Assembly (NCBI GenBank): GCA_951406725.2
Contig: OX597814.1
Span: 26,288,001 to 26,352,000, forward strand
Source of the DNA: Octopus vulgaris
Taxonomy: Eukaryota
Length of the DNA stretch: 64,000 nucleotides
Direction of reading: 5' to 3'
This document shows, in pieces, positions 15,381 through 27,438 of the stretch; positions within the stretch are counted from its first letter, which is position 1; the number at the start of each line of letters is the position of its first letter. A program made the translations under genes and the position numbers. The notes below the pieces were generated by a model that saw only the letters and a list, made by a program, of their open reading frames with translations, did not search any database and was not told the origin of the DNA.

Positions 15381-15625
15381 ATGTGTGTATACATACATAT
15401 ATATTTGTGTGTGTGTGTGTGTGTTTCTCCCCCACTATTACTTGGCAACCTATGCTGGTGTGTTTATGTCTCTGTACCTTAGAGGTTCAGCAAAGAGACT
15501 GAAACAATAAGTGCTAGGCTTAAAAGGAATAAGTACTAGAGTTGATTTCTTCAACTAACACCCTTTCAGGCAGTGCAACAGCTAGGTCACAGTCAAATGA
15601 TTAAAATAGTAAATGAATAAAAGAA
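15150..15625 (+). mobile_element. tRNA-headed SINE, family A (diverged, internal microsatellite)
   Basis: Collinear with 22281-22693: GGCTGTGTG head, GCAAGTGTCTTCTA box, tail CAGTCAAATGA...AAAAGAATA. Confidence 0.8.
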
Positions 15626-15629
15626 TATA

Positions 15630-15896
15630 TATGTGTTTGTTTGTGTGTGTGTGTGTGTGTATAAGTATATGTATGCATGTATATGTATCATCATCATCAT
15701 CGTTTAGCGTCCGCTTTCCATGCTAGCATGAGTTGTATGTATATAAGTAGATATGTGTATGTATGTATATACATATATATATACATAGAAGTATATGTAT
15801 GTATGTATATAAGTATATGTATGTATGTATATAAGTATTTATATATGTATGTATGTATATAAATATATATATGCATGTATGTATGTATGTATATAA

Positions 15897-15928
<32 letters not shown>

Positions 15929-15933
15929 ATAAG

Positions 15934-15970
<37 letters not shown>

Positions 15971-15986
15971 GTATATATATAGGAAT

Positions 15987-16025
<39 letters not shown>

Positions 16026-16270
16026 ATGTATATGTGAATATATGTATGTATGTATATATATATATATATATACATGTATATATATATATGTGTATGTGTG
16101 TGTGTGTATGTATGTATATATATGTACATATATATATATTTATATATGTGTGTATGTATATATATATGTACATATATATATTTATATATGTGTGTATGTA
16201 TATATATGTACATATATATATTTATATATGTGTGTATGTATATATATGTACATATATATATTTATATATT
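15630..16270. repeat. (TA)n/(TATG)n microsatellite with 45-bp RTE tail tip (15688-15732, minus)
   Basis: Seen directly. Confidence 0.93.
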
Positions 16271-16449
16271 TTAGGAAGGGGTTGGCGTTAGGAAGGGGTT
16301 GGCGTTAGGAAGGGCATCTAGCCGTAGAAACACTGCCAGATTTGACTGGGCCTGATGAAGCCTTCTGGCTTCACAGACCCCAGTAGAACCGTCCAACCCA
16401 TGCTAGCATGGAAAACGGACGCTAAACGATGATGATGATGATGATGATG
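16271..16449 (+). mobile_element. RTE-type 3' tail unit
   Basis: GGTTGGCGTTAGGAAGGG (tandemly duplicated) ... CCCATGCTAGCATGGAAAACGGACGCTAAAC(GAT)n. Confidence 0.88.
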
Positions 16450-16512
16450 TGTATGTATAGATATATGTACATATCTATATTTATATATGTATATTTATGA
16501 ATATATATGTAC

Positions 16513-16555
<43 letters not shown>

Positions 16556-17265
16556 AAACATTCAGACACTGAAGTTTTACATATATATATATAAAACATT
16601 CAACCACTGAGGTTTTACATATATATATATTTGTATATGTATGTATATATATAAGTGAATATATGTAAATGTATATGAATATACATATGTATATATATTT
16701 ATGCTCACATATATATATTTGTATGTATGTATATATATATGTACACACACACATATATATACATATATATATATATATATACAAACACGCATACATCCAT
16801 GTATGACTACACCTTTAAAGCTAAAACAATTTAAAGGGTTTATATGGACTAACACTTAACAAATAGATAGATATGTATATATATATAAACATATTTATAT
16901 CAATCTAGATATGTATGAGTATATATGTATGCGTATGTGTATATACATATATATATATGTATTTTATATAAGTGTGTATGCATATATATATGTGTATATA
17001 TATATATGCATATATATATATGTATGCACATATGTATGTGTGTACGTATATATATAAATGAATACTTATATGTCTATATATATACATATGAGTATGTATC
17101 ACCATGTATATATATAAACATATGCATATATATGTGTGTGTGTTTATACATGTACATATATATAGATATATATATACATATATATAAATATGTCTGTATA
17201 CATATAGATATGGAAATATATATATACATATATATAGAGAGATATAGATATATAAACACATGCAC

Positions 17266-17299
<34 letters not shown>

Positions 17300-17332
17300 A
17301 TAAATACACATATGCATATATTTATACATAAT

Positions 17333-17885
17333 GATCATGATCATCATCATCATACGTCCGTTTTCCATGCTATCATGGGTTGGACGATTTTGACTGAGGG
17401 CTGGCGATCCAGATGGCCGCACCAGGCTCCAATCTTGATTTGGCAGAGTTTCTACAGCTGGATGCCCTTCCTAACGCCAAGCACTCCGAGAGTGTAGTGG
17501 GTGCTTTTTTACATGTCACTGGCACAAGGCCAGTCAGGCGGTACTGGCAATGACCTCGCCCGAATCTTTTACATGTGCCACCGGCACAGGTGCCAGTGAA
17601 GCAACGTTGGTAACGATCACGCTCGAATGGTGCCCTTGTATGTGCCAAGGGTACGGAAGCCAGTTGGCTACTCTTGCAACGATCACGCTTGGACGGTGGG
17701 GTACGGAAGCCAGTTGGCTACTCTGGCAATGATCACGCTTGGATGGTGCTCTTGGCACCCTACTAGCACAGGCATGAGTGCCAGTAAGGCGACACTGGTA
17801 ACGATCATACTCGAATAGACGCTCTGTCGACGATCACACTCGTATGGTGCTCTTTGTATCCCGCTAGCCCAGATGCCAGTCATCA
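17333..17885 (-). mobile_element. RTE-type 3' UTR and tail with internal tandem repeats
   Basis: (CAT)n then CGTCCGTTTTCCATGC...GGATGCCCTTCCTAACGCCAA. Repeated ACGATCACGCT and GGGTACGGAAGCCAGTTGGCTACTCT units. Confidence 0.85.
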
Positions 17886-17894
17886 AATTGATTT

Positions 17895-17956
<62 letters not shown>

Positions 17957-17961
17957 GTGTG

Positions 17962-18017
<56 letters not shown>

Positions 18018-18099
18018 CACACAAACACACACACATACATGTATGTGTTCATACTTTGTTAGTGTTCGGTCAGTATTTGCCCAAACCATCTTTAACTTA

Positions 18100-18350
18100 A
18101 TAGCACCACTTGGCAATATCATTCAAATTAGGAATAGTGCAACATGGCCCACTCAAGTAGGGAGTTATTGTTTATGGTGACATGTCCTGGTGTAGGAGGT
18201 TTATCCAGGATTTCTTGTAGGAATTTGCCCATAGACTTCTCAAACTTTATGGGTCTGTTTCTGCTTTCGTGCATTTTGGTGTGATGTTAAAGAGAGCAGG
18301 GCCAATTGAGGTGAAATAATTGTTTTGTATTGCTGTTATGAGATGCGAGT
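18100..18350 (-). mobile_element. CR1/L2/Jockey-type LINE ORF2 3' end
   Basis: Minus translation IQNNYFTSIGPALFNITPK...FLQEILDKP resembles the C-terminal S..F..GP.LFN.LP motif also seen at 48405-48510. Confidence 0.65.
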
Positions 18351-18396
18351 GTGATCTATATAGGTATATATATATGTGTGTGCATATACATATATA

Positions 18397-18435
<39 letters not shown>

Positions 18436-18489
18436 CACAATTATGTTCTAGAGTTATAAATATGCATATATATATATATATATACATGC

Positions 18490-18538
<49 letters not shown>

Positions 18539-18582
18539 CATGAATGTGTATGTGTATGTATGGATATATATATATGCATATA

Positions 18583-18623
<41 letters not shown>

Positions 18624-18699
18624 ATACATACATACATATATATCCATACATACACATATGCATATATATATATGTATATGAATATACATGTACATGTAT

Positions 18700-18895
18700 G
18701 CACCGTGAGAATTTACAAACAAATACAAAAGATGAAGACAGGTGTGTAAACAATAAAGAGATGTATTAGTTTAATGCTCAGGAAGTGAGAAAGTCTTATA
18801 TGTTTCAAGCCTACGCTCTTCAACAGAAAGGAACTCAGAAATAAACAGGGAGAGAAAATAGAAAAAGGCTTAGTGGCTAGTGATCTATCATGGTG
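18700..18895 (-). mobile_element. Possible Penelope-like terminal repeat fragment with degenerate hammerhead
   Basis: Minus strand 18830-18796 reads CTTTCTGTTGAAGAGCGTAGGCTTGAAACATATAAG, similar to the CTGANGA-stem II-GAAA minimal hammerheads of Penelope-like elements. Confidence 0.45.
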
Positions 18896-18939
18896 AATGT
18901 ATGTATATGCTCATATATGTTTATAAATGTGCATATACA

Positions 18940-19900
18940 CAGGGGTTGGACAAAATAATGGAAACACCTTAAATTTTCAAACAAATTTATTTTAATGTGG
19001 GGTATGACCGCCTTTGGCAGTAATTACAGCTTGAATTCTATGAGGTATGCACTCATACAAAGTTTGAATTGTTTCCAAAGGAATTTTTCTCCATTCTTCA
19101 GCTAAAGCAGTTTCCAGTTCTTGTAGTGATGATGATGAAAGATACCAACTCCTTACTTGTTTTTGTAAAATGCACCATGAATATTCAATACTATTGAGAT
19201 CTGGGGACTGAGGTGGCCAGATAAGATGTTCAACTTCCCTAAAATGTTCCTCGTGCCACTCAGTAACAACTTTAGCTGTGTGAATTGGTGCATTATCATC
19301 CTGAAAGATTGTGTTTCCCTCCGGAAACAGTTCCGCAAACATAGGTTGAATTTGATCAGATAAAATGCTTAAATAGTCTCGACTATTAATTCTGCCGATG
19401 GATTTCCAAGATATAGCCCTCCAGATCATCACAGATCCTCCTCCATATTTAACATTTGGAAGAAGGCAGTCTGGGTCAAATGCTTCTTTTGGCTCTCTCC
19501 AAATTCTAACAATTTGCATAAGAGTCCACGGTCCCTATCTGAAAGTTTTGGTTTTCTTCCAGAGTTTTGTTTCGAGGAGATTTTTCCCTCTTTAACAAAG
19601 GCTATCATTACTTTCAAGACACCAAACATTTCAACTGTTTTCATTATGCTAGCGCCTTCCATATGAGCAGCAATAATCTGACCTCTTTGAAACTCCAATA
19701 GATCTATCATTTTAATCAATTTTAATTACCTTTTTCTGATGATATCTGAAAGGAAACAGCAATTTTAGCAAAAACATATTAAGCAACACTAATAATAAAT
19801 CAAAAAACATAAAAATGAACAAGCTTTTGATGGTTTTATAGATATTTCAAAATTATGATGCTATAATGCTAGATGTTTCCATTATTTTGTACAATCCCTG
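18940..19900 (-). mobile_element. Internally deleted Tc1-like transposon with DD36E spacing
   Basis: 30-bp imperfect TIRs: CAGGGGTTGGACAAAATAATGGAAACACCT and AGATGTTTCCATTATTTTGTACAATCCCTG; TA on the right, CA on the left. ORF 19429-19719 gives the N-terminal HTH. ORF 18992-19519 has KYGGGSVMIW and FQDDNAPIH...WPPQSPDLNSIE. Confidence 0.93.
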
Positions 19901-19904
19901 TATG

Positions 19905-20326
19905 TATATTCTTTTACATATTTCTGTCATTCGACAGCAGCCATGTTGGAGCATTACCTTAAGAGGTTTTAGTCAAAGAAGGACTTACTCTTTGTAAGCC
20001 AAGTACTTAATCTATCATTGTCTTTTGCCAAACTGCTAAGTTACAGGGACATAAACACCCCACCATTGGTTGTCAAGCAATGATGGGGGGACAAAGAAAG
20101 ATACACACACACACACATACATAAATATATATGTGTGTGTGTATATATATATACATATATGATGGGCTTCATTCAGTTTCCACCTACCATATCCACTCAC
20201 AAGGCCTTGGTCAGATCGAGGCTATAGTGGAAGACCCTTGCCCAAGGTGACATGCTGTGGGATTGAACCCAGAACTATATAGTAGTTGGGAAGCAAACTT
20301 CTTACCACACAGCCACATTTGCACCT
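19905..20326 (-). mobile_element. tRNA-headed SINE, family A
   Basis: Reverse-complement match to 22281-22693 (CTTGCCCAAGG, CTTACCACACAGCCAC). Confidence 0.85.
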
Positions 20327-20424
20327 ATATATGTGTTTGTGTGTGTGTGTACACACACACGCACACACACATGCACCCACACATACATGTATGCATACAT
20401 GTAGATAGATAGATATACGATATA

Positions 20425-21105
20425 TGAGGCCAGATTTGCTTTATGTATGTGATAATATGGGCCATGTTACAGTGAACTCGAAGTTAATGAGGTCTCAAGC
20501 TTTGAAGACCCTTTTATCTCAGAGAAGCCTAAAGCTAGGATTTAAAAATTAAATGATATTTTGACAGCAATCAAATAATTTGTAATTCGTTTTTAATCCA
20601 GAAGTGTTCTTTTAAAACTTTTTAGTTTTCTTTTGATTTGATGGGCCCTTTTAGATTAGAACACATGACATTGAACTGAGCCCCTCTGAATCTAGCAAGG
20701 TCCTTTCAAGTTTAACTGGTGGGGGGGGGGGGGCCTAGATGTAATGGGGAACTTCTTATTAGCTCATGTTTAGTATTAAGTAGTGCATTTAAAAAAATAC
20801 TTATAGGTAAGGTAACAGCAATACTTTCTCCAAATACATAAACTAGGCAACATCAACATGTCAGAAACTATGAAATGCAGGCAGCCATTAATGTAATGGA
20901 ATATGCCAAAAAAATTAGGAAAATACAAAATTGATATGGAATTATTAATGTTGTTTGTATTTAGATTATTTACAATGTTATATTTGTTTTTGCAATGGCC
21001 ATTCCTGTTGTTTACATCTAAGCAGTTAAAAATTTACATACACAAAATCATAGGGAATCCTAAAATGTATTGGCTCAGGGGCCCCACTTTATCTAAATCT
21101 AGTTA
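20425..21105. mobile_element. Possible old non-autonomous DNA transposon (hAT-like)
   Basis: Weak inverted termini (AGGCCAGATTT / AAATCTAGTT) and subterminal GGGCCCC motifs at ~20643, ~20730 and ~21080. No TSD resolved. Confidence 0.3.
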
Positions 21106-21935
21106 TGAGGGCTTTGTGAGATGTTGCTGAGTTTTGTTGAAACAGATATGGCCTTCAAGTGCATACTTCATCCATCCAATGCTCAACAATTGTATCTAGC
21201 AACATAAATTCTTAGAGCCTTTGGAAAGATGTGAGGTGGCATGACAGGATCTTCATTACTCACCATTCCTAAAATCATTACAATAGCTGGAAACTGTGTG
21301 AGCATCAGCCAGGAGAACATCAGAAGGATCTGCACATAACCATTTGTCATTTCTCCCGTTAGGCTTTTGCTCAGAGAACCAAAGGATGCCATGCTGGTGA
21401 CTGTTTTTAACCTTGTTAAGTAACTGCCTGGCACAGATCAAATGGTTTTCTTGTCATTACAGAAATAAATTGTCTGCTCCTCAGTGTATATAATTTGTAT
21501 GGAATATCCCCCATGTACCACAGCTTTGATAGCCCACTCAGACACCTGAAGTTTTTAGGTGATAGCCCTCACTGATTTCCTAGGATCATCATCAATAATG
21601 TTTTAAACCTGTTGGATAAATTGCAGTGACTTTACAGTGTCCAAATGATTAGAAAGTTTTTCTCTTTCTCTTTGATACAGTTGAAACATTCCCACCTAAT
21701 GCTTCCAATTCCATCCAAATTTTGTGTACAAAAGATCTTGCAACATTTAGCTGACTGGCAATTTTTAAATCACTGTGTTTAACTCATATGGCAACAAAGA
21801 TTGCATATCTTTTCATTTCTTGTGTTAGCATTTTGTCTGCCATGGGATATCTGAAAAAAGTAGAAAACTTTAATTCATGTGAAGAGAGTAATATACTGCT
21901 AATTAGGTGTTCTCAAATACTCCTTGCACCCTATG
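21105..21935 (-). mobile_element. maT/DD37D-like transposase remnant
   Basis: Minus translation VMILGMVSNEDPVMPPHIFPKALRI and RPYLFQQNSATSHKA resembles maT-type VMV.G.VS..G..PP.F / FQQD.AP.H motifs. The third catalytic residue is missing, so DD37D spacing cannot be counted. Confidence 0.7.
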
Positions 21936-21941
21936 TATGAG

Positions 21942-21987
<46 letters not shown>

Positions 21988-22108
21988 CATATATGTGTGT
22001 GTATTTCAATGTTTGGTAATGTACAAACTTTCTGCCCTTAAGTAATTCTTTTAACTTCTACTGATTCCTAATACATACACACACACACAAACACACACAT
22101 ATATATAT

Positions 22109-22140
<32 letters not shown>

Positions 22141-22145
22141 GTATA

Positions 22146-22229
22146 TCAGAGAGCTCTTACCTCTGCTAGTGACAAAGGGCCTCTCCCTCCGAGTAAAAGG
22201 TAAACTGTATGACGTTAAATGATGATGAT

Positions 22230-22230
<1 letters not shown>
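22146..22230 (+). mobile_element. 85-bp internally deleted RTE fragment
   Basis: RELLPLL.TKGLSLRVKGKLY coding segment fused directly to the GACGTTAAAT(GAT)n tail. Confidence 0.85.
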
Positions 22231-22280
<50 letters not shown>

Positions 22281-22281
<1 letters not shown>

Positions 22282-22692
22282 TCAGGAGTGGCTGTGTGTT
22301 AAGTAGCTTGCTTACCAACCACATGGTTCCGGGTTCAGTCCCACTGCATGGCATCTTGGGCAAGTGTCTTCTGCTATAGCCTCGGGCCGACCAAAGCCTT
22401 GTTAGTGGATTTGGTAGACGGAAACTGAAAGAAGCCTGTCGTATATATGTATATATATATATATATGTATCTGTGTGTATATGTTTGTGTGTCTGTGTTT
22501 GTCCCTCTAGCATTGCTTGACAACCGATACTGGTGTGTTTACATTCCCGTCACTTAGCGGTTCGGCAAAAGAGACCGATAGAATAAGTACTGGGCTTACA
22601 AAGAATAAGTCCCAGGGTCAATTTGCTCAACTAAAGGTGGTGCTCCAGCATGGCCGCAGTCAAATGACTGAAACAAGTAAAAGAGTAAAAGA

Positions 22693-22693
<1 letters not shown>
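22281..22693 (+). mobile_element. tRNA-headed SINE, family A (best-preserved copy)
   Basis: A-box-like TGGCTGTGTGTTAAG, B-box-like GGTTCAGTCCC, CORE-like CTTGGGCAAGTG, central (TA)/(TG) tract, 3' end ...ACAAGT(AAAAGAGT)2 inside (TA)n. Confidence 0.9.
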
Positions 22694-22728
<35 letters not shown>

Positions 22729-23819
22729 GAAAAAGGATTAGAGATCTATAGAAATCAAATTTTTTATTTATAAAAGATGGAGGTGGAAATAGCACAGAAG
22801 TAAATCTAAGATATTTCAATTTGAGAAGGAATTTAATAAAATGATTTAAAAATTATATAAAGAAAATAGTTTCGACGATGAATCTCATCTTATTAAATAT
22901 CAATAAAAATCTATAAAAATTTGAACTAAAAACAGTTTATCTTCTGTCTGGGGTCATATATATATATATGCATGTATATATGTATATGTGTGTAAACTAT
23001 CTGTTATATAACTGCACACATAATTTCACTGGCCACTATATATACCGCTAGAAATATGTAGCAAAGCTTTATTTTTGCTTCCATGTTTATATACTTACAC
23101 TTATATACATGGAAATTTATCTAAATTTCCAATAATGCCACACATGATTTTCTCAGAATTCCACAAAATATTTCTTCTTTCTTCTTCTAAGTTTTCTATT
23201 TCAGAATTTCATAAAATATTTCTTCCTTCTCCTAAGCCTTTTTCTATTTCTTCTTTATAATTCTGCCATTCATTCTAGGTTCAAATCTGCCATGGTGAGC
23301 TTTCTTTTCCATTCTTCTAGAGCCTTTTGTGACCATAATTTAATGGGTTTGGTAATTCAATGAATGTGCTTCTACTTTGTTCAGAGGTGTTAGAAACAAT
23401 AGACAGACTTTCCTCAAATAACACACTGCCATCTTTAAAAAAAGAAAAGGTAATTACACATTGCTAGTCCAAGTTCTCCTAAAATGATAGGATGTTCAAG
23501 ATTGAAATTAGGGTTTAAACCATAACAGAAGCAACAAAACAAACCTAATTCAATTTTTTGTATCATTGCTAGAAATTATCTTCATTTTTGTAGTTTGTAG
23601 TACTGGTGGCATTGTTATTTTTGCTATTTGTAATTATTTCATTACAAATATTTGCAATTTACATAAATATAGCATTATAAAATAAATTGTTAGTTTAGAG
23701 ATGAGCAGGAAAATAGTATTTATCAAGACAGCAATGTATTGTGTACTATTTCAGAGGAATCTAATATGCAAAAACTAGGCTATTGGATTTGGATGTCATG
23801 TTTCTTTAAAAATATATAG

Positions 23820-23983
23820 ATGTAACCATGGTTTGGTAGTTAAGAAGTTTGCTTCCCAACCACATGCTTTCAGGTTCAGTTCTACTGAATGGCTCTTTGG
23901 TCAAGTGTCATCTGTGATACCCAGGTCCAACCAAAGCCTTCTGACTGGATTTGCTCAACAGAAAATTAAAGAAAACCTCCATG

Positions 23984-24017
<34 letters not shown>

Positions 24018-24276
24018 CGTGTGTATCATTATCATCATCATCATAGTTTATCATCTGCTTTCCATACTGGCATTGACTGGATGGTTTGACTGAGGACTAG
24101 CAAGCCAGGAAGCAGCACTAGGCTCCAATCTGATCTTGCAAGGTTTCTACAGGTGGATGCCCTTCCTAATGCCAACCACTCCAAGAGTGTAGTCGGTGAT
24201 TTCTACATGCTACCAGCACAGGAGCCAGTCAGGGGCCACTGGCATGTGTATGTATGTGTATATATATGTATGTATG

Positions 24277-24310
<34 letters not shown>

Positions 24311-24507
24311 CTTTTATTTATTTCAGTCATTTGACTGCAGTCATACTGGAGCACCACCTTTAGTCAAAGAAATCAACCCTAGGACTTATTTCTTGCAAGC
24401 CTAGTACTTGTTCTATCGGTCCCTTTAGCCAAACTGCTAAGTTACAGGGATGTAAACACACCAACATCGGGTGTCAAGTGGGGACAAACACACACACACA
24501 CGCGCAC

Positions 24508-24550
<43 letters not shown>

Positions 24551-24870
24551 CGGCGGGCTTCTTTTAGTTTCCATCTACCAAATCCATTCACAAGGCTTTG
24601 GTCATCCCGAGGCTATAGTAGATGACACTTGCCTAAGGTGACACACTGTAGAACTGAACCTGGAACCATGTGGTTTGTAAGCAAGCAACTTACCACCCAG
24701 CCACTTCTGTGCCTGTATATATCATAATCCTCATCATTTAGCATCTGCTTTCCATGCTGCCTGGTTAGGACGGTTTGACAGGGAACCAGTGAGCTGCAGG
24801 ACTGTGTTATGCTCTGATGTCATCTTTTGCATGGTTTCAATGGGTGGATACCCTTCCTAATACTAATATA
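23820..24870. mobile_element. Cluster: SINE-A head (+, 23820-23985), RTE tail (-, 24025-24245), SINE-A (-, 24310-24715), RTE tail (-, 24725-24865)
   Basis: Direct similarity to 22281-22693 and 4895-5033. Confidence 0.8.
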
Positions 24871-26919
24871 TATCATATAAGTATGATATATATGTATTTT
24901 TGTGTGTGTGTATGTTTAGAATTATCTGTATATTTGTTTCTCTTTGTTTTGATATCACATGATGATTGTAAATTAATGTCACAAGCTTAGAAAAGCAAGC
25001 GTTAAAATTGACCTAATATTATTGAGCAATTAGCTTCTGAACCACAAAAAAGTCATTTGCTCAAGCTGCTGCACATCAAGACTGAATCTAAAACCATGTT
25101 GTTGGAAAGCAAATTTCTTAATTTGGCCAAATAGATATAAAGTTTAAATAGGATAGGTCATTACACTGCATGGCACCTCCCACAGAGAGCCACTACATCC
25201 ATAGACTGCTACTCATACACATCATTTGGTTAGGTTTCTACTGATGGATATCCTTTTTATTATCAACAATAGTACAGAGTGTACTGAGTGTTTTTCTTTT
25301 TTTTTATCAAGGCATCAGTACTAAAGAAGTTGAATAGTTCTCAGTGACACAGGACTAGATAGACCTCTTGCATCTATATTTTCTCTGCTCATGAACAAAT
25401 CTTTTTACAGTGTGAATATGAGGTGGAGTACCTTGTATACAGTAAAAGTTATTGAAGTGAGTACTCAGTGACCTAAAGTGTGGACATCTCATACTTGCTT
25501 ATTTTCTACCTAAGTACGAAACAACTATTTAGTAAAACAGTAGAATTCTTTGGGACTGGCAATTTGCACCAGCAAATACAAATCTCTGTCTCTCCAATAA
25601 ATGTCTCAACTCAAAATGTTATACTTCTATTCTTCCTTGCAGCATAAAACATATACCATCACTTGAACTCTATGAAACAATTACCATTATCCTTCAATAT
25701 CAAGACATCAGATCTCTCCTTCAATTAGTTATTAATTTTCATCCATCTAAGTTTGATACTCCAGGATATCTCTACTGGATCTGACACATTCAATCAATTT
25801 TAACTCTTTCCTTACAAATTTCTAGCCTGTGTTATTCATCATCATTTTTACATTTGATCTTCCGTGTTAACATAGTTAGACATGATTTTCTGAAGCCAGA
25901 TGGCCTTTCTGATGCTAATCCTTTTAGTTACCTCTAAAAAATGCAAGAATATGGTGCACTTATTTTAAAATTAAGGCACATTGATAAAAATAACAAACAA
26001 TAATGATAATAATTTTATTTGCCACAAGTGTGATAAGTGAGGAAGCATAATAACAAATAACAAAAAGTGTAAGGAATACACTTCAATTAGGTAAGAAAAA
26101 CACAAGCATGCAAAACATTGAATTCATTAAATTGACCCCAGTTCTTGCTGTAATCTTATTTTATCTGTCCCTGAAAGACAAAAAGGCAAAGTTGCCCATA
26201 GCAGGATTTGAACTGAGAATGATAATGAACATGAAAGATCATATCTAAATGCTACAAGGATTTTGTCTAGGGATTCTGTCAATACACCAACTAACAATAA
26301 TAATAATATTAGTAATATTACTAACAGTCATTACTACAACATTATTTAAAAGGCATGAAAATTAACTTCATTGTCATTTCATTTCCAATATTAATAAGAT
26401 ATTTCTTATAAAACATTAGAATATAGTAAAATATTTAATTTAAATGTGAAAAAGTGAATTCAGCAAAAATAATAGTAGTACTAATTTCTTACATAGAACA
26501 CATGGCCAGAAATTTTGAGGTTGGATTTAGTTCATTAAATCAATCCCTGATACTTGACTCCTGCTTTATTTTATCAATCCCCAGAAAGATAGAAGCTGAC
26601 TTTGGTGGGATCTGAACATAAAACACCAGAACATGTATCACAAGCTATTTTGTTTGATGCTCTATTGATTCTCTTAATCTATTCCCCTAATAGTGATAAT
26701 CCTTTCTAATTTTGCCATAAGGCCAGCAATTTGGGAGTAGGGACTAGGTGATTACATCAATCCCAGTGTTCAACTGGTACTTATTTCAATAATCCTGAAA
26801 GCATGAAAAGCAAAGTCAACCTTGGTGGAATTTGAACCCAGAACGTAAAGAGCTGGTGGAAGTACCACTAAGTATTTTATCCGGATGGTAACAATTCTAC
26901 CAGTTTTCCACCTTATGTA

Positions 26920-27060
26920 ATCATCATCATCATTTAGCGTCCGCTTTCCATGCTAGCATGGGTTGGACGGTTCAACTGGGGTCTGGGAAGCCAGAAGGTT
27001 ACACCAGGTCCAGTCTGATCTGGCAATGTTTCTACGGCTGGACGCCCTTCCTAACGCCAA
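26920..27060 (-). mobile_element. RTE-type 3' tail unit
   Basis: (CAT)n TTAGCGTCCGCTTTCCATGCTAGCATGGGTTGGACGG...CCTAACGCCAA; closely similar to 55588-55740. Confidence 0.9.
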
Positions 27061-27063
27061 AAC

Positions 27064-27103
<40 letters not shown>

Positions 27104-27104
27104 G

Positions 27105-27438
27105 TGTGAAGGTGCTTGGCACAGTGGTTAGAAAATTGGGCTCACAATCATGAGGTAGTGAGTTCGATTCCCAAATCAGGCTGAGTCGTGCTCTTGAGTA
27201 AGACACTATTTCACATTGCTCCAGTTCACTTAGCTGTAAAAATGAGTGTGACGTCACTAGTGCCAAGCTGTATTAGCCTTTCCCCTGGATAACATTGATG
27301 GCATGGAGGGTGGAGGCTGGTATGCATGGGCGACTGCTGGTCTTCCATAAACAACTTTGCCTGGACTTGTGCCTTAGAGGGGAACTTTCTAGGTGTTGTC
27401 CCATGGTCATTCATGACCAAAGGAGGTCTTTACCCTTT
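27105..27438 (+). mobile_element. CORE-like tRNA-derived SINE, family B
   Basis: A-box TGGCACAGTGG, B-box GTTCGATTCC, CORE-like CTTGAGTAAGACAC..TTGCTCCAGTTCACTTAGCTGTAAAAATGAGT, 3' hairpin GGTCATTCATGACC. Confidence 0.85.

Noticed and set aside
13182-15435. Very long ORFs (up to 678 aa) of Y/I/M/V/C/H/T
   Set aside because: Translations of (TA)/(TG) microsatellites, which lack stop codons in most frames on both strands. The same applies to 8943-10291 and similar ORFs.
23150-23250. ~50-bp tandem duplication giving a repeated SEFHKIFL peptide (similar case at 16555-16625)
   Set aside because: Simple local slippage duplications with no coding support.
27105-27185. tRNA genes (also 31725-31796 and 44499-44570)
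   Set aside because: A/B boxes continue directly into SINE bodies; no complete cloverleaf or terminator.
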